Source: Sarea resinae
Lineage: Eukaryota
NCBI GenBank assembly: GCA_026026165.1
Contig: JAPEUD010000037.1
Coordinates: 124,001 to 188,000 of the forward strand
Length of the DNA: 64,000 nt
Reading direction: 5' to 3'
A model generated the notes under the pieces. The model saw nothing but the letters and a program-made list of their open reading frames with translations, searched no databases and was not told the origin of the DNA. Below are positions 26,505 to 38,100 of this stretch, one piece after another (positions within the stretch are counted from its first letter, which is position 1; each line of letters starts with the position of its first letter). Made by a program: the position numbers and the translations under genes.

Positions 26505-27240
26505 TATGGCTGACTTCTCGTACGATGCTAACAAGCTACCTCTTGGCGGAAACAATCAAGACTCGATCACCGTCCGAATGGCTCCAAGTAATTTGCGAAT
26601 TCACGCCGGAACCCGTTGAACGTGTCGTCGGAGGCCATTGGAGATTGTGCGTTTGCTCAATTTTCTAGGCTTCACTCATGTAGGATAGCATCAGGAGCGA
26701 ACATACCTTTTCTTACCGTCTCTGGAAGGGCGCTATTGCTGAAGAGCTGAAAATTTCTCGTAGCTCAGTGAGATGTGTTGGCTTCAAGAAGATCAATTCC
26801 ATCAGATGCTGAATGGACTCTGGTAAGGTGAATCCGAGATGGATCCAACACCGTCCCTGCGAGGATTGAAGAGTTAAAGTGTTGAAGAGCCGAAATTTGT
26901 ACTTTCGAGTAGGTCAGTGAGATATTTTGACTTCAATAAGATCAAGTCCATCAGACGCTGAACGGTCTCTGGTAAAGTGGATTCGAGAGGGATTCAACAC
27001 CGTCTCTGCAAGACCTAATAGCCCTTAAGTGAGAGGACACGGCTGACCCAAGCGTCTATGGGAATATTCTGACGACTGAAGCCCCGGCCATCATGCCTAC
27101 CTCCATGTAGGGTCGGCTATCAGATACATAAAGTGCCTTAGAGGGAGGCGCCGCGGGCACGAAAGGTCGAATATTTGAAAGACTGAGTAAATTCCCATAA
27201 GCTAGAGAGCCTCTCGCTCGAAGCCATAGTCTCTTAGTAT
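26505..27240 (+). pseudogene. N-terminal half of a GIY-YIG-family paralogue, inverted orientation, interrupted by an insertion
   Basis: 'LAETIKTRSPSEWLQVICEFTPEPVERVVGG' (~26540-26635) and 'DTADPSVYGNILTTE/PGHHAYLHVGSAIRYIKCLRGRRRGHE' (~27036-27165) match the intact gene's 'WAEIMKSRTPQEWLSLIGEYTPKPVKDLLGG' and 'ETAESGVYGHLLTTTDEGHHAHLYVGSATKFGHGLRHRRAEHE'. Confidence 0.82.
26738..27010. repeat. Diverged tandem duplication, two ~125-bp copies
   Basis: tgaagagc...tcagtgagat...aagatcaa.tccatcaga.gctgaa...caacaccgtc.ctgc at ~26740-26860 and ~26883-27009. Confidence 0.8.
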
Positions 27241-27344
27241 CCCTGTATGATCAAAGGGCTCACCGACTGTCCTATTTTTGCTCCCTTCTCGCTCTGTATC
27301 GGATCGTCACTAGATCTGAACGGTTTGAGATCGTCTTTCTTAGC

Positions 27345-28480
27345 TCTGTTCTCGCTAACATTCAATCGTTAGTCTGCTTCGGATCTCACTCTTTCCATTT
27401 ACCGTCTGTTTGGTACCTGATATTGGCATAGTGATGCCTGATATTGGCATAGTCACTTGCGGTGAATCCTCCGCCAATCTTGGAAAACGAACAGCATGTC
27501 ATCGGATAGCCCCATGATGGATCCGATCCTGATCCACCTTCAAACCGCAGAGAAAGCTGATGCATTAGAAGAACGTGCCACGAGTAGGGACGTGGATCAT
27601 CCTGTTGGCATAGCATACATAGCCAGAGCACACACACATTTTGATTATTATCTTGACCTCAAGCCAAGCCAAGCGAAGCCCGTCGACGACTATCTTTCTT
27701 TGGGGTCAAAGGATGGAAAAATCCATCGAAGGTAGCAACACAAGCAAATCTGAATTAATGCAGTTCTGACTTCTATTTCTGGCTCGCTTCTCCGCCCATT
27801 TCTTTCTTTTCTTCGTTCAGCTCGTTCTTTCTCGGTCACCGCCGCTTTTCGTTTTCTGCTGTTTAGTTCTCGCGCTTTCTTTTCTCGATTTTCTCTTCCT
27901 CTGTCTTTTCTCGCTAATATTGAATCGTTAATCTGCTTCGGATCCTAGTCCTTCCATTTACCGTCTGTCTGATGCCTGATATTGGCATGGTCACTTGGGG
28001 TAAATCCCCACCAACCTTGAAGAATGAATAGCATTTCATCGGATTTGTTCTACGATCGATCTGTTCCTGATCGACCTTCAAGCCGCAAAGGAAGCTAATG
28101 CATCAGTATCGAGATGTCATCGGGCGCTTTCTCGAGCATGTCGAAGATATCGCACCTCTCCCCGTCGTTAGAAAAGGGCCTGAATTTGGACTTCTTCTTA
28201 CCTGGGCGAGTGCATCCTGCCTCTGGAATTGTCTATCGCATTCCAGAGGCAGGATGCATTCTAGGCAACCATGGTGCTCTGGTCGAAGAGATGGAAGTTC
28301 TAGAATGCCCAAATAGACCATTCAGGACAGCAGCTTACGACGATATGGGTGACCAGTAGATTCGTGTGGACCACGTAAATCTGATCCGAGTCGCAGCCGC
28401 GAACTTTGAAGACGTCGGAGAGCAGAAGACTGAGGACAAATTAGAACGTGTCACGGGTAGGGACGTGGACCAACCTGTTC
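27345..28480. repeat. Diverged direct duplication (27345-27605 vs 27908-28100 plus 28440-28480), with a further GIY-YIG-family tail fragment at ~27770-27915(-)
   Basis: tctcgctaa.att.aatcgtta.tctgcttcggatc...ttccatttaccgtctgt...gatattggcat and gtagggacgtgga.ca.cctgtt each occur twice. Confidence 0.78.
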
Positions 28481-28689
28481 TTAATGAAACGAGTCGACAA
28501 AGAGGACCCAAAAAACAAAACTCTTTACCGCCAAGCGGGCCTGTTAGCGGAGGCTGTCTTCACGGCGTGGGTCGGGATACTCTCTAAATCTTCTGAGCCT
28601 TGATTCTCTATGAATAGGCAGCCGAAGGTTTTCAGTCAAGGGCGAGTGTGTGCATACCCCACGCCATTCAACCTCGTCGTATGGGTATA

Positions 28690-28930
28690 TATTAGTCATC
28701 GCTGCTTTTCGTTTTCTTTTGTTTTTGTTCTCACGCTTTCTTGTCTCAAATTTCTCTTCCTCTGTCTTTCCAGTTCTAAGTATTTATCTTCTCTCTTTGT
28801 TTTACTCACGCATGTAACTTCTTTGCTTCTCTTTTGCCTTTTCCTTCTCTTCTTCAGTCGTCTCTAAAGCTTTCTCAACCCATTTGCTTGTGTTGCTAGC
28901 ATATACTTCCTTTTGGCTTGGTCTCCGATA
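28690..28930 (-). pseudogene. Additional fragment of the GIY-YIG-family K/E/R-rich tail
   Basis: 'KALETTEEEKEKAKEKQRSYMRE*NKERR*ILRTGKTEEEK' versus 'KAKTMTEEEKEEKREKQREYMRAYKDRRRELRA'. Confidence 0.72.
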
Positions 28931-30062
28931 ACATCTCTGTATATTACCTGAGAAACAAGAGGCTATTGTACATTCTGAATAAGGTGTTAGTTGCAGAAGG
29001 AAAGCAAAATTGAAGCGGGGGGGGCACAGGCTCTTTATACTACCTTTTCTACTCGAGTTCACTGGGTCTGACCTATCTAGAGCAGTGACTCACTAAGTCC
29101 CGTACTTACCTAAGGTAATGATATGTGAATAGCGCTGCAGTGAATTGATTGCGGGGCATATGCAAAAATTCACTATAATATATCATTCACTCGAAAATAT
29201 TTGTACGCTGATAGATTGTGACACGAGCAAAACGTAGTTTAGCCTTGCATAGTATCGCTCCTTCCCTTTACCTAAGACCCATTTGCATCAGTATATCTCG
29301 TGGGCTAGCATAGCTTACGAGTAAGAGAAGTTGAAAAGGCAACTTACGCTTAGGGATATCTACTCGCGCTGTTCAGAACGTATTGCCTTTCATTACTACT
29401 CAGAGTAAGTATAGTAGCCCATGATTAACTGCCATGATTGACTCTCTCTAAACTAACCTATTGTCTGCTTACCTAGGTAGTCTATGACGAAGTATTAGGT
29501 AGACTATAACGCTTCCTAACGGTACAATCAATCCTCTCTAAAGATCGCGAGGATCCTAGCCTTCTCTGCCTCTGTACCTTACCTTAGCTTGTTTCGAGTA
29601 GAAGACGGCCTAATCAAAACATTCTCTGCTGTTCATCAGGCTCCTTGGCCGAAGTTTTGTTACATTTCTGAAATAAACTACTACTATTCATGATCTTGGC
29701 TAGACTTAGCTTTCTTACACATTGGGAAAGCTTACTAACGCTGTTCGAACCCGCTTCGTATCGTCGCGATAAGGATAGGAGCTACATCCTGCGCTTCCAG
29801 GGGAACTGGCAGACGAGTACGAAGTACTTGGTACATTGTGAATTTCTAATCCACACCCCTTTATATATAATCTTCACTTATATTCTCTTAGTAGAGTCTA
29901 CTGATCTACTAGTACTAGGAACATACCTACCTTGCCATAAGACCTCTTAGTAGACTCTCGCTTATCTGTCGTATAAGATTTCAGGAAAGGGGGAGTGAAT
30001 GTAGAGGTAGTCTTGGACTTCATTTATTAAGCTAAGGATAGCAGTGACAACTAGTCAAGGTT

Positions 30063-30197
30063 GCAGGGCTTTAAGCAACTGCGTGCGGTAGGAATGGCAG
30101 GGCTTTCAGCAGCTGCGTGCGGTAGGAATGGCAGGGCTTTAGCAACTGCGTGCGGTAGGAATGGCAGGGCTTTCAGCAACTGCGTGCGGTAGGAATG
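30063..30197. repeat. 34-bp tandem repeat x4
   Basis: Unit gcagggcttt(a/c)agcaactgcgtgcggtaggaatg, 5 bp past the stop codon of the GIY-YIG gene. Confidence 0.95.
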
Positions 30198-30202
30198 ACT
30201 TC

Positions 30203-31661
30203 TCATTTCCCCGTCTTAGCTCTTTTTTCAGCGGCTTTTGCTCTCGACTTGGCATTCTTCTCTGCCCTCTCTTCTGCTGTCATAGCGGCGTTCTTCTTAT
30301 TTTGCGCCTCTTGGTCTCTGCGCTGCTGTGCTGCTGTTTTTTCAGGGTTTGTTGCTCTCAGCTCCCTTCTCCGGTCTTTGTACGCTCGCATGTACTCCCT
30401 CTGTTTCTCCCGTTTTTCCTCCTTTTCCTCCTCGGTCATTGTTTTGGCCTTCTTCTCTTTATATTTCTTTGACTTAGCCGCATTTGCAGCCTTAAATGCT
30501 TTAAGCTCTTCTTCATTCATCTGCTCCTTTTGGTTCTTCTGGTATGTGCGCATGTAATTCCGCTCATCCTCCTGTCTCTCCTCGTCCCAATTATCTCGCT
30601 TCCTTTTCCTCGACTCGGCCACTTGGCTGTTATGTGCCGACCTCTCTTCTGCCGTCCATGCGGCTTGCTTCGCCCTTCTCTCTTCCTGCTTCATCGGCGT
30701 CCATTTTCGGTACGCTTGGTACCTTGTCAGGGCTGCCCCTGAGAGGTTCGCAACCCAATTTTTGAGGTATTCTCGGTACCGTTTCTTCCGCAGTTCGGTA
30801 TCAATCGGCAGTCTCAAGTTCTCAGCCAAGGGCGAGTGGGTGCAGGCTCCCCTCCAGAACGTGCCATCATACGGGCATAGTTGCAAGAGGTTATCGTGTG
30901 CAACGTTGTGGTAAAAGGCCCCCAGCCACGATGTGTATATTGCCTCAGCAAGGAGGCACACGGACCTAATGGTCAGCTTTTCCTCTTGGCCCTCTGGATT
31001 ACCAGGCATCTGGAACAGAGTCACCCAGGTCCCTTCCCGGCGGACATTCTTCTGAGCCATGAGGCTGTGATGATACCCTGGCCTAAATTGCTCGATTAGC
31101 TTGGCTATCTCCGGTCGATCGAAACGACTTTGCCATATTGGCCAGCAAAGACAATAGACTCTCATGAGACCTGCCTCCGAGAGTGTATCCAAACAAAACC
31201 AGAGTCTAGAGGCTCTGTACACAATCAAACGATTATGCGTCATGATGAGATACGATACAGATATAAAAGACAGTTACATACTGGGTTTTTGCTACGTTCG
31301 GGTGTTCATGTTCAGCCCGTCTATGGCGAAGACCGTGCCCGAATTTCGTTGCCGATCCGACGTATAGATGGGCATGATGCCCTTCATCTGTCGTCGTTAG
31401 CAGGTGCCCGTATACTCCGGATTCCGCAGTCTCTGCCCATTGAAGGGACTTGAATTGCTCTATGGTTGGCGCTGCCAACCCGCCCAGTAAGTCTTTCACT
31501 GGCTTCGGTGTATACTCGCCGATAAGAGAGAGCCATTCCTGGGGAGTCCGAGACTTCATGATCTCGGCCCAGGTCTGCGACATATAGGTCAAAATTAGCA
31601 GGGAGAATATCTTCTCGAGCCGTTCGGCGAAGAGCATCATATTATCGTTTGAGTTACTCAT
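30203..31661 (-). CDS. Intact GIY-YIG-type endonuclease-like protein with K/E/R-rich C-terminus; exons 31661-31282, 31214-30203 (463 aa)
   Basis: 'SGVYGHLL...HLYVGSAT...GLRHRRAEH' fits the GIY-YIG pattern (GVY, YVG, downstream R and H); 67-nt GTATGT...TACAG intron joins two ORFs in frame (1392 nt). Confidence 0.7.
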
Positions 31662-33289
31662 CTTGTTAGATACAAGAATATTGCCGTGAAATAAGATTGC
31701 GGAAATGTTTGTGATAGGGAATGGGGATGTTGGGGATGTTGGGAAGATAGACAGGATCGGAAGGCAAAGAAACGGGAACAAGTGGGACAACCGAAGCAGA
31801 GAACCAAGCGGCAAAACAAGGCAAGCACGACAAGCTTGAGAGGAGGTAGGAGAGTCTATCGTTCAGATTCAACTTTACAGGTTTGAGCTAGTTTTACTAA
31901 TTATCTTCAACTCTACGTTCTTTCGAATCATTAGTTTGTTCCTCAGCATCTTCAGCTTTACGTTTTATTGAATTGGTTTCGGACAGAATCAGCATTGCTA
32001 GCAGACAGAGAAGGGCATACACGCAGATATTGGACCGTTCGAGCTCACGAAGGAACAACAATGTCCAGCAACGTAGCAGCCTTCCCCTCTTACAGAGGAC
32101 AGCATCGGAGCCAGCATGGCGGCGAGTCGCGGAGAACGGCAGGACCTGGGCGTCAGTATAGGCCGAAGCTCTGGTTGGAGGGACAAAGCCTGCCTCGACG
32201 GCAGAGAGGGCCCATGATGGGTATAAAAAGATAGTCAGAATGCTGGCCCATAGAGTCAGGTATTGGGAGGAGACACTGTCTGATAACGGTGCATCTCTTG
32301 GTCGAAAGCGTCGCTGCCATAGCACTACACGGATCAGTCGGAAAGAGCGTGGCCTTGTACCGTAGAAGGCGGCGTAGGAGCGAGCATGTGGATAGCACTG
32401 GCGGCTTCTTCCATAGGAACGCGGTCAATATATCAGAGATAAAGAGTAATATGGGACTGCCCAGTGGGAAAATCACAGTCTTTGTATCCAGGTACCGGCA
32501 ACACCAGGTCTGCAATGTCGAATAGCTCTGAAATCAATCATATCAATGTAGCACATATATGCAGACACTACGCTGTAGATAATTGTAGACATAGTATTTA
32601 AACTAACAATTTGCTTCTTGAAATATTTGTTTCCCAGACTTCCAACAACGATAGAGTAGCTTTCATAGGTGGGCTGAATCGTACTAGAGCTATTCCAGCG
32701 ATACTGCTGTGAGGTTACAGCGCCTTGAGTGCGAGCATATGTATGAGACGATGAGGTTCATAATAAGTCGAAGTGACAGTGGACGCTGACCCCTATTTTT
32801 GCACATCATGATATTTATAACGCTTACACAACCTACGCAGTACCTAATTAACGACTTTGTAAGTGTAAATATTTGCTATAGCTTTGTTTTAAACAGGAAT
32901 AAGCTACAAGGCTATAGTTGCTCGCAGTAATAAGGACAATGCATATTTCTGTCAGGCCGCCCACTGGACTTCTAGCTATGGTAGAGTAGGCCGGAATGCC
33001 ACCAATGACTAAGCTGAGGATGCTGCGCGTCTCCGGCGCCTATATGATGATGCAAAACCGAGGTATCTACTGCGCAGTACTACAGTACTCTACCTCAAAT
33101 TTTGCCCTCGGGGCCGCACAGGTACTACCTTGACTACCTTAGTAATTGGCCCTGATTAATAATCAACACTACGTACTACAGAGTCACAGCTAGGTAATCA
33201 CAAGAACGCGCAGATGTCATGATTCAACGTCAACAGCACTTTCATTGAGCTAATTAAAAAAAGCGTACGTATTGCCGACGAGAAGCTGT

Positions 33290-33461
33290 GCGCTTTAGCG
33301 CAGAGGGCGCTTTAGCGCAGAGGGTGTGCCGTAGCAGAGTGGGCGAGGCGCTTTAGCGCAGAGGGCGCTTTAGCGCAGAGAGTGTGCCGTAGCAGAGTGG
33401 GCGAGGCGCTTTAGCGCAGAGGGCGTGCCGTAGCAGAGTGGGCGAGGCGCTTTAGCGCAGT
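33290..33461. repeat. Compound tandem repeat containing six copies of gcgctttagcgc
   Basis: Units gcgctttagcgcagagg and gtgtgccgtagcagagtgggcgag; overlaps the stop codon of the zinc-knuckle ORF. Confidence 0.93.
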
Positions 33462-34507
33462 GGGTGATCGCGTTCGGGACGTCTCTCTTCGTCGCTGAAG
33501 TCTATTTTCTCATCGAGGTCGAACATATCCTCGTCTTCATCCGCAGGCAGAGCTATCAGAGCTGCCGCTTCCGCCTGCCGATTGAGCTCTCTCTGTTGAG
33601 CGGGAGCTAGACGTACCACCGGCGGAGCTATCTCTTCTGCCGCGGGAGCAGGGTCTTGCTGGGCAGGGGCTTGTTGGGCAGGGGCTTGTTGGGCAGGGGC
33701 ATCTGGCTGCTCTTGCTGGGGTGCCCCAGCCCGAAGGACAGGGTCCTGAGGACGCTGTTGATTCCGGGGCGGGGGATGGTTGCGGGCGGGTGGGGGACCG
33801 CGGTTCTCCCTCTGGGGACGACGATCCTGGGGCGGCTGGTTGGCCGGGCGATTGGGAGCAGGGCGTTGGCGGCCTCTCTGCTCTGGCTCACGGGCTCTGT
33901 AACCTCGAGCTTGGTGGCGGACGGGAGAGCGAGACCGAGAACGCGGGCGACTTGTAACACCCTGCACCGCCTGCATCATCTCACGCGCAAGGGCTATCCT
34001 CTCCAGTTCAACATCGTTAGAATTGAGCCGGGCGTTGCTTTCCTCGCGGCGGCGGCGGGGTTGCGGGGCAGCTCCTCGAACCTCATCCTCGCCCTGATCC
34101 TGACGACAGTACATCCATTGATGCCCTCGTCGCCCACACGTGCGGCATAGCGCTCTGCAGGGTGGGGCGTGGAAACCATCGCACCTAGTGCAACGCCGTG
34201 CTATCTGTTGATAGTTTGGGATGCACTCGCCCAAGTGGCCTCGGCCGCATGTTGGGCACAATGGTCTGCCTCTGTTGTTTCTGCCCTGCTCGCGGCGCTG
34301 CTGCTGTTGCTGTGGCTGTGGCTCTGGCTGCTGTTGTTGCTGCTGCTGCGGCTGTTGCTGTTGCTGTTGCTGTTGCTGGGGCTGCTGTGGCTGCTGTTGC
34401 TGTTGCCCTTGTTGCTGCTGTTGCTGTGGCTGCTGCTGCCGCTGGCGGCGACGCTGCAAGAGTTCGAGAAGAATTTCCTCTTCTTGATCTGGAGTGAGGT
34501 TATTCAT
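33452..34507 (-). CDS. Gag-like polyQ / triple CCHC zinc-knuckle protein (351 aa)
   Basis: CPTCGRGHLGEC, CTRCDGFHAPPC, CRTCGRRGHQWMYC; polyQ N-terminus, RS/P-rich tail; uninterrupted ORF. Confidence 0.65.
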   Translation of the reverse strand: MNNLTPDQEEEILLELLQRRRQRQQQPQQQQQQGQQQQQPQQPQQQQQQQQQPQQQQQQQPEPQPQQQQQRREQGRNNRGRPLCPTCGRGHLGECIPNYQQIARRCTRCDGFHAPPCRALCRTCGRRGHQWMYCRQDQGEDEVRGAAPQPRRRREESNARLNSNDVELERIALAREMMQAVQGVTSRPRSRSRSPVRHQARGYRAREPEQRGRQRPAPNRPANQPPQDRRPQRENRGPPPARNHPPPRNQQRPQDPVLRAGAPQQEQPDAPAQQAPAQQAPAQQDPAPAAEEIAPPVVRLAPAQQRELNRQAEAAALIALPADEDEDMFDLDEKIDFSDEERRPERDHPLR

Positions 34508-35189
34508 CTTGATAGTGGATACTCACCTGCTATTGGTATCGTTATTAGTATCAGTAACAGTATCAGTATTGGATTTGGATTTGGATTTAGTATTAGTGTT
34601 GATGATGATGTTGGTGATGGTAATGGTGATAGTGATGGTGTTAGTGTTGGTGTTGGTGTTGGGAGAAGGAGAAGGTCAGACGAGGAAGTAGGTAAAGTGA
34701 GGTGAGAAGTTCTACGCGTTTATCATTGTGCGTCTGCATCATTCACTGCTATTGAATACATCTAGCCCTAATCAGCAGGGTAGGGCAGGGCTACGCTTCC
34801 TGACTTTACTTGTCTAACGTGACGGTGACACTGTGCATGCACAATTGTCTATAGTGAATAGGGTCTTGAGGCCAGAATCTCTTCGTATTGCTTCAAAATC
34901 AAGCTCCAAGGACACCTACACTGCTAGAATACATTCTATAATGGTTATGACCCGCAAGCAAGCTTACGGCCAAGATAGCCCGAAACTATCATCTTCTCAT
35001 TGACTACAGACAAATGAATGATAATCTCACTTGCAGTGCGTCTAGTCTTGACAAGTAAGAACATGAGTGCTGTAGACCTTCATCGTCCTCTTGACACCGT
35101 ACTACCCTAGAATGCCCGACTCCCAAAATGAGAACCCTCTTGCGCCCAAGCCAGACGCCTCGCTGACCAATGTAATCCAAATCAGGATC

Positions 35190-38100
35190 TTACAGAAAGC
35201 TGAGTTCGTCTTCGCTCTCCGAGTACTCGAGCAAGGATTGTTTTCTTCGCGAGCGGCCCCGTTCGTAGTGTCTCGGACGGCTTTTCTCCACAGCATGCTT
35301 CGCAGATGTTTCCAAGATCTTCTCGTTTGGAGCAATGGGATTGAGCGGCCGACGAATGTTCTTAGCTTGATGAAAAGCTCGAGCGGTCAACGGCTTGGTG
35401 ACAATCCGTGCATAGTTCTCAGCCGTTGATAATTCGTCCTCTTCACTGTCGTCACTGAGTATCCAGGGTCTTTTCACAGGCTTCGATGCCCGACTAGGTA
35501 GCGTAGTTTGTCTGCCTGGCTTGTAGAGTGTCGTATCGCTGTCACCGTCAGGCGTCCGCGCTCTTGACTCCTTTGTCCCTGAGACTTTGGCTATATTGGA
35601 GTCCACCCGTTGTCTCTTGTTTGGTACATGTCTGTGCCCAGGTTGTACTAGAGCTTGTGGAATGGCTTGTCCACTAAAACTGTCTGTGTCTGAATAGTCG
35701 CCGCTTACATTCGAGAGAGTATCTCTGTCCTCCGATTGTGGCGATGAATCCACGATGAAAGCGTTTTTTCTACGGGACTGCTCCTTGCTAAACGAACTGC
35801 CTTCTGAGAGATTGCGCTTATGCGGCAGAGCAGACATGTCACAGAGGTCGAGATTAGTCCCTCTTCTGTCATCGACTGAGACTCGCCGAGGAAGCGTTGA
35901 TGCGTCTTGAACGCTCTCATTTTTGTTGACCGGCCGGCGGATGCGTACTTTTCTCTTTTGAAGAAGGCTAGCGGGTGTCGCCGCAACCCATTCGCAGATA
36001 CCCTCTTCCCATCGGAAGCCAGACTGAGTCCGCTTATCCCGAGGTGTCTTCATTGGAGTTTTCATGGAACCTAGGCCTTGTTCGACCAGCCAGTCTTGCA
36101 TCTGCTCTTCAAAATCGGGACGAATAGAAGAGCCGGTTTGCTCAGTAAATTGCTCAATGCCTCGCACGATGATAGCGGCAAGATATTCTGTTGAGAAGGA
36201 GGTGCCAGCCTTGTATGGAAGAGACATCAGACGAAGCGCGAGAGATTGTAGGTGTTGGAAACCATCATCATGGGAAGCCCTACCACAGCAGCGCGCCAGG
36301 GAGCAGAAGAAGTCGGCAAGTCGATCAGTATCTTCGAATGCCTCCGCAGAGTTTCCTTCCGGTCTGCTGCGCAACGCACAGAGCAATTCAAGGCTTTCTG
36401 CTTCCCGGAAGGAAATCGAATCCTCAAAGCTACCTCTAGGCAGCTCAGGAAGAAGAGCATTAGCGAGAAGAACTGTCCTATTGAGTAATGCATGGGCTCG
36501 TCCACCGAATTCATTCGAAGTCGGTGGCAGTATAGAATCGAGCTGGACCGCTTGGCCGACCGCAAAGGCTAGGCCTTGTAGAGTTTCCCATATTAAAGGT
36601 GTGATACCTGACTGTCTTCCTGGATGTGCCATAAAGACACGCGAATGAACATCTGCAATTGCGACCAGAATGGTAAACAAGCTCGATATCGTATTGCCAA
36701 GGGCATCGATTAATTTGGACGTTCCTGCTCCAGCCAGAGGGAAAGCGCCAAACTTTTCTAGCGTGTGCTTGTTTTTGGGCCCCCGAGGATTACTGGGCTC
36801 CTGGAACATGAAAGAAGGCAATCTTCCACAGCTCCGAATCTGTGAGTGTTGCAAACGAAGCGAATGAATTTGAGCCTCTAGAGTCTCTGTGCAAGGAATA
36901 TTGCATGAAAGCTCGACGGCTGTCCGAAGAAATGAAGTAGCATGCGCGGATTGCCCATCATTTTGAGAAATGGACTGAATTACCCGAACCCACACAGGAT
37001 TGACATCTCTAGTAGCTAGCCATTCGATTGGAATTGATCCGTCTCGCAATAGCTTCTCTAGTTCTCTGTAAAAGAATCCCACACGATTGGTCCGTTCTGC
37101 GTATCTCTGAAGGGTATGCAAGCTTCCTGAGGTGGTCGGAGCGAAGAGAGCACTCCCTACACTCGAAGGCTTGGGCAAGCGGCAATATCTTGAATTGAGA
37201 CATGAGAGCAGTTCTTCTGCCTCATCGTATGAAACGCACTGAATGCATAGCATTACCAAGCCTCGCCCAAACTCTTCGTCGATGAGGCCTTCGATGATGG
37301 CTCGGCCAAGTAAGGAGATCCCTTGAGCACGTACAACGCCCCTGAGGGGTTTCCATCCTGCTGTCCCTGATGCGCCAAAACTCTCTAGATCCGAATAAAC
37401 CTCCGAAGCAGCATCATCTCTGCTGTCGTGGTCCTGTTCAGTCTGCCATAATTCTACTGCTGTGATATAATCCGGTACGATTTTGACGCAAGTCGAAAAG
37501 AGGGATCGAGCTCCTTTGGGGCTATCCCTTATCGATACTGGCTTTGTCGCTTTCAAAAGAGTATCTAGCCCAGTATATATTCCATTTATCAATGCCCAAC
37601 GAGTCGGTGGTATTGCAGTCTTCATATCGCGGAGGATGGGATTAGGGTGATCTCCACGTCTGCTGCTTTTCGTTTCCTTATGCAGGGGGCCAAACTCGTC
37701 GAGTGTACTATTTGTATCGATATCTTGGGTCTCTTCTGACATTGTCCGAGCAATCATTGGTGTAGGAACAGTTACCTCGCCTGGACGAGATGGGGGAGCT
37801 TGTCTTGACCCAACTGAAGCGGGCGCATTCCCCTTTTGCTGTAGAATTTGCTCATTTGATCGCCCAGAGTATTTGAATTTAAGCTTCTTAGGAACGCGAC
37901 GATCAGGTACCCAGTCGGGATCCACAGGAGAACCTTCCGTGGTGGTCCCCAGCTTGTCATTTGCGATAGAAGTTCCTATATCTTGTCCTGCTGCAGCGGC
38001 ACTATTCTTGATCCGCTGAGACGCAGTGTAATTCTCTCTTCCAGCTTTACGTAGCAGCAATATTCTAGAAGCCAAAGGCCGTAAAAGTCGCTGGCAGCGT

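Noticed and set aside
31897..32525. Short overlapping ORFs between the nuclease and zinc-knuckle genes
   Set aside because: No recognisable domain or consistent frame; cannot support a gene call.
30063..33461. Tandem arrays as CRISPR-like loci
   Set aside because: Head-to-tail units without unique spacers, eukaryotic context, no cas genes.
30203..34507. Penelope-like or LTR retrotransposon call for the island
   Set aside because: No reverse transcriptase, integrase or terminal repeats found, and the nuclease gene retains a spliceosomal intron.
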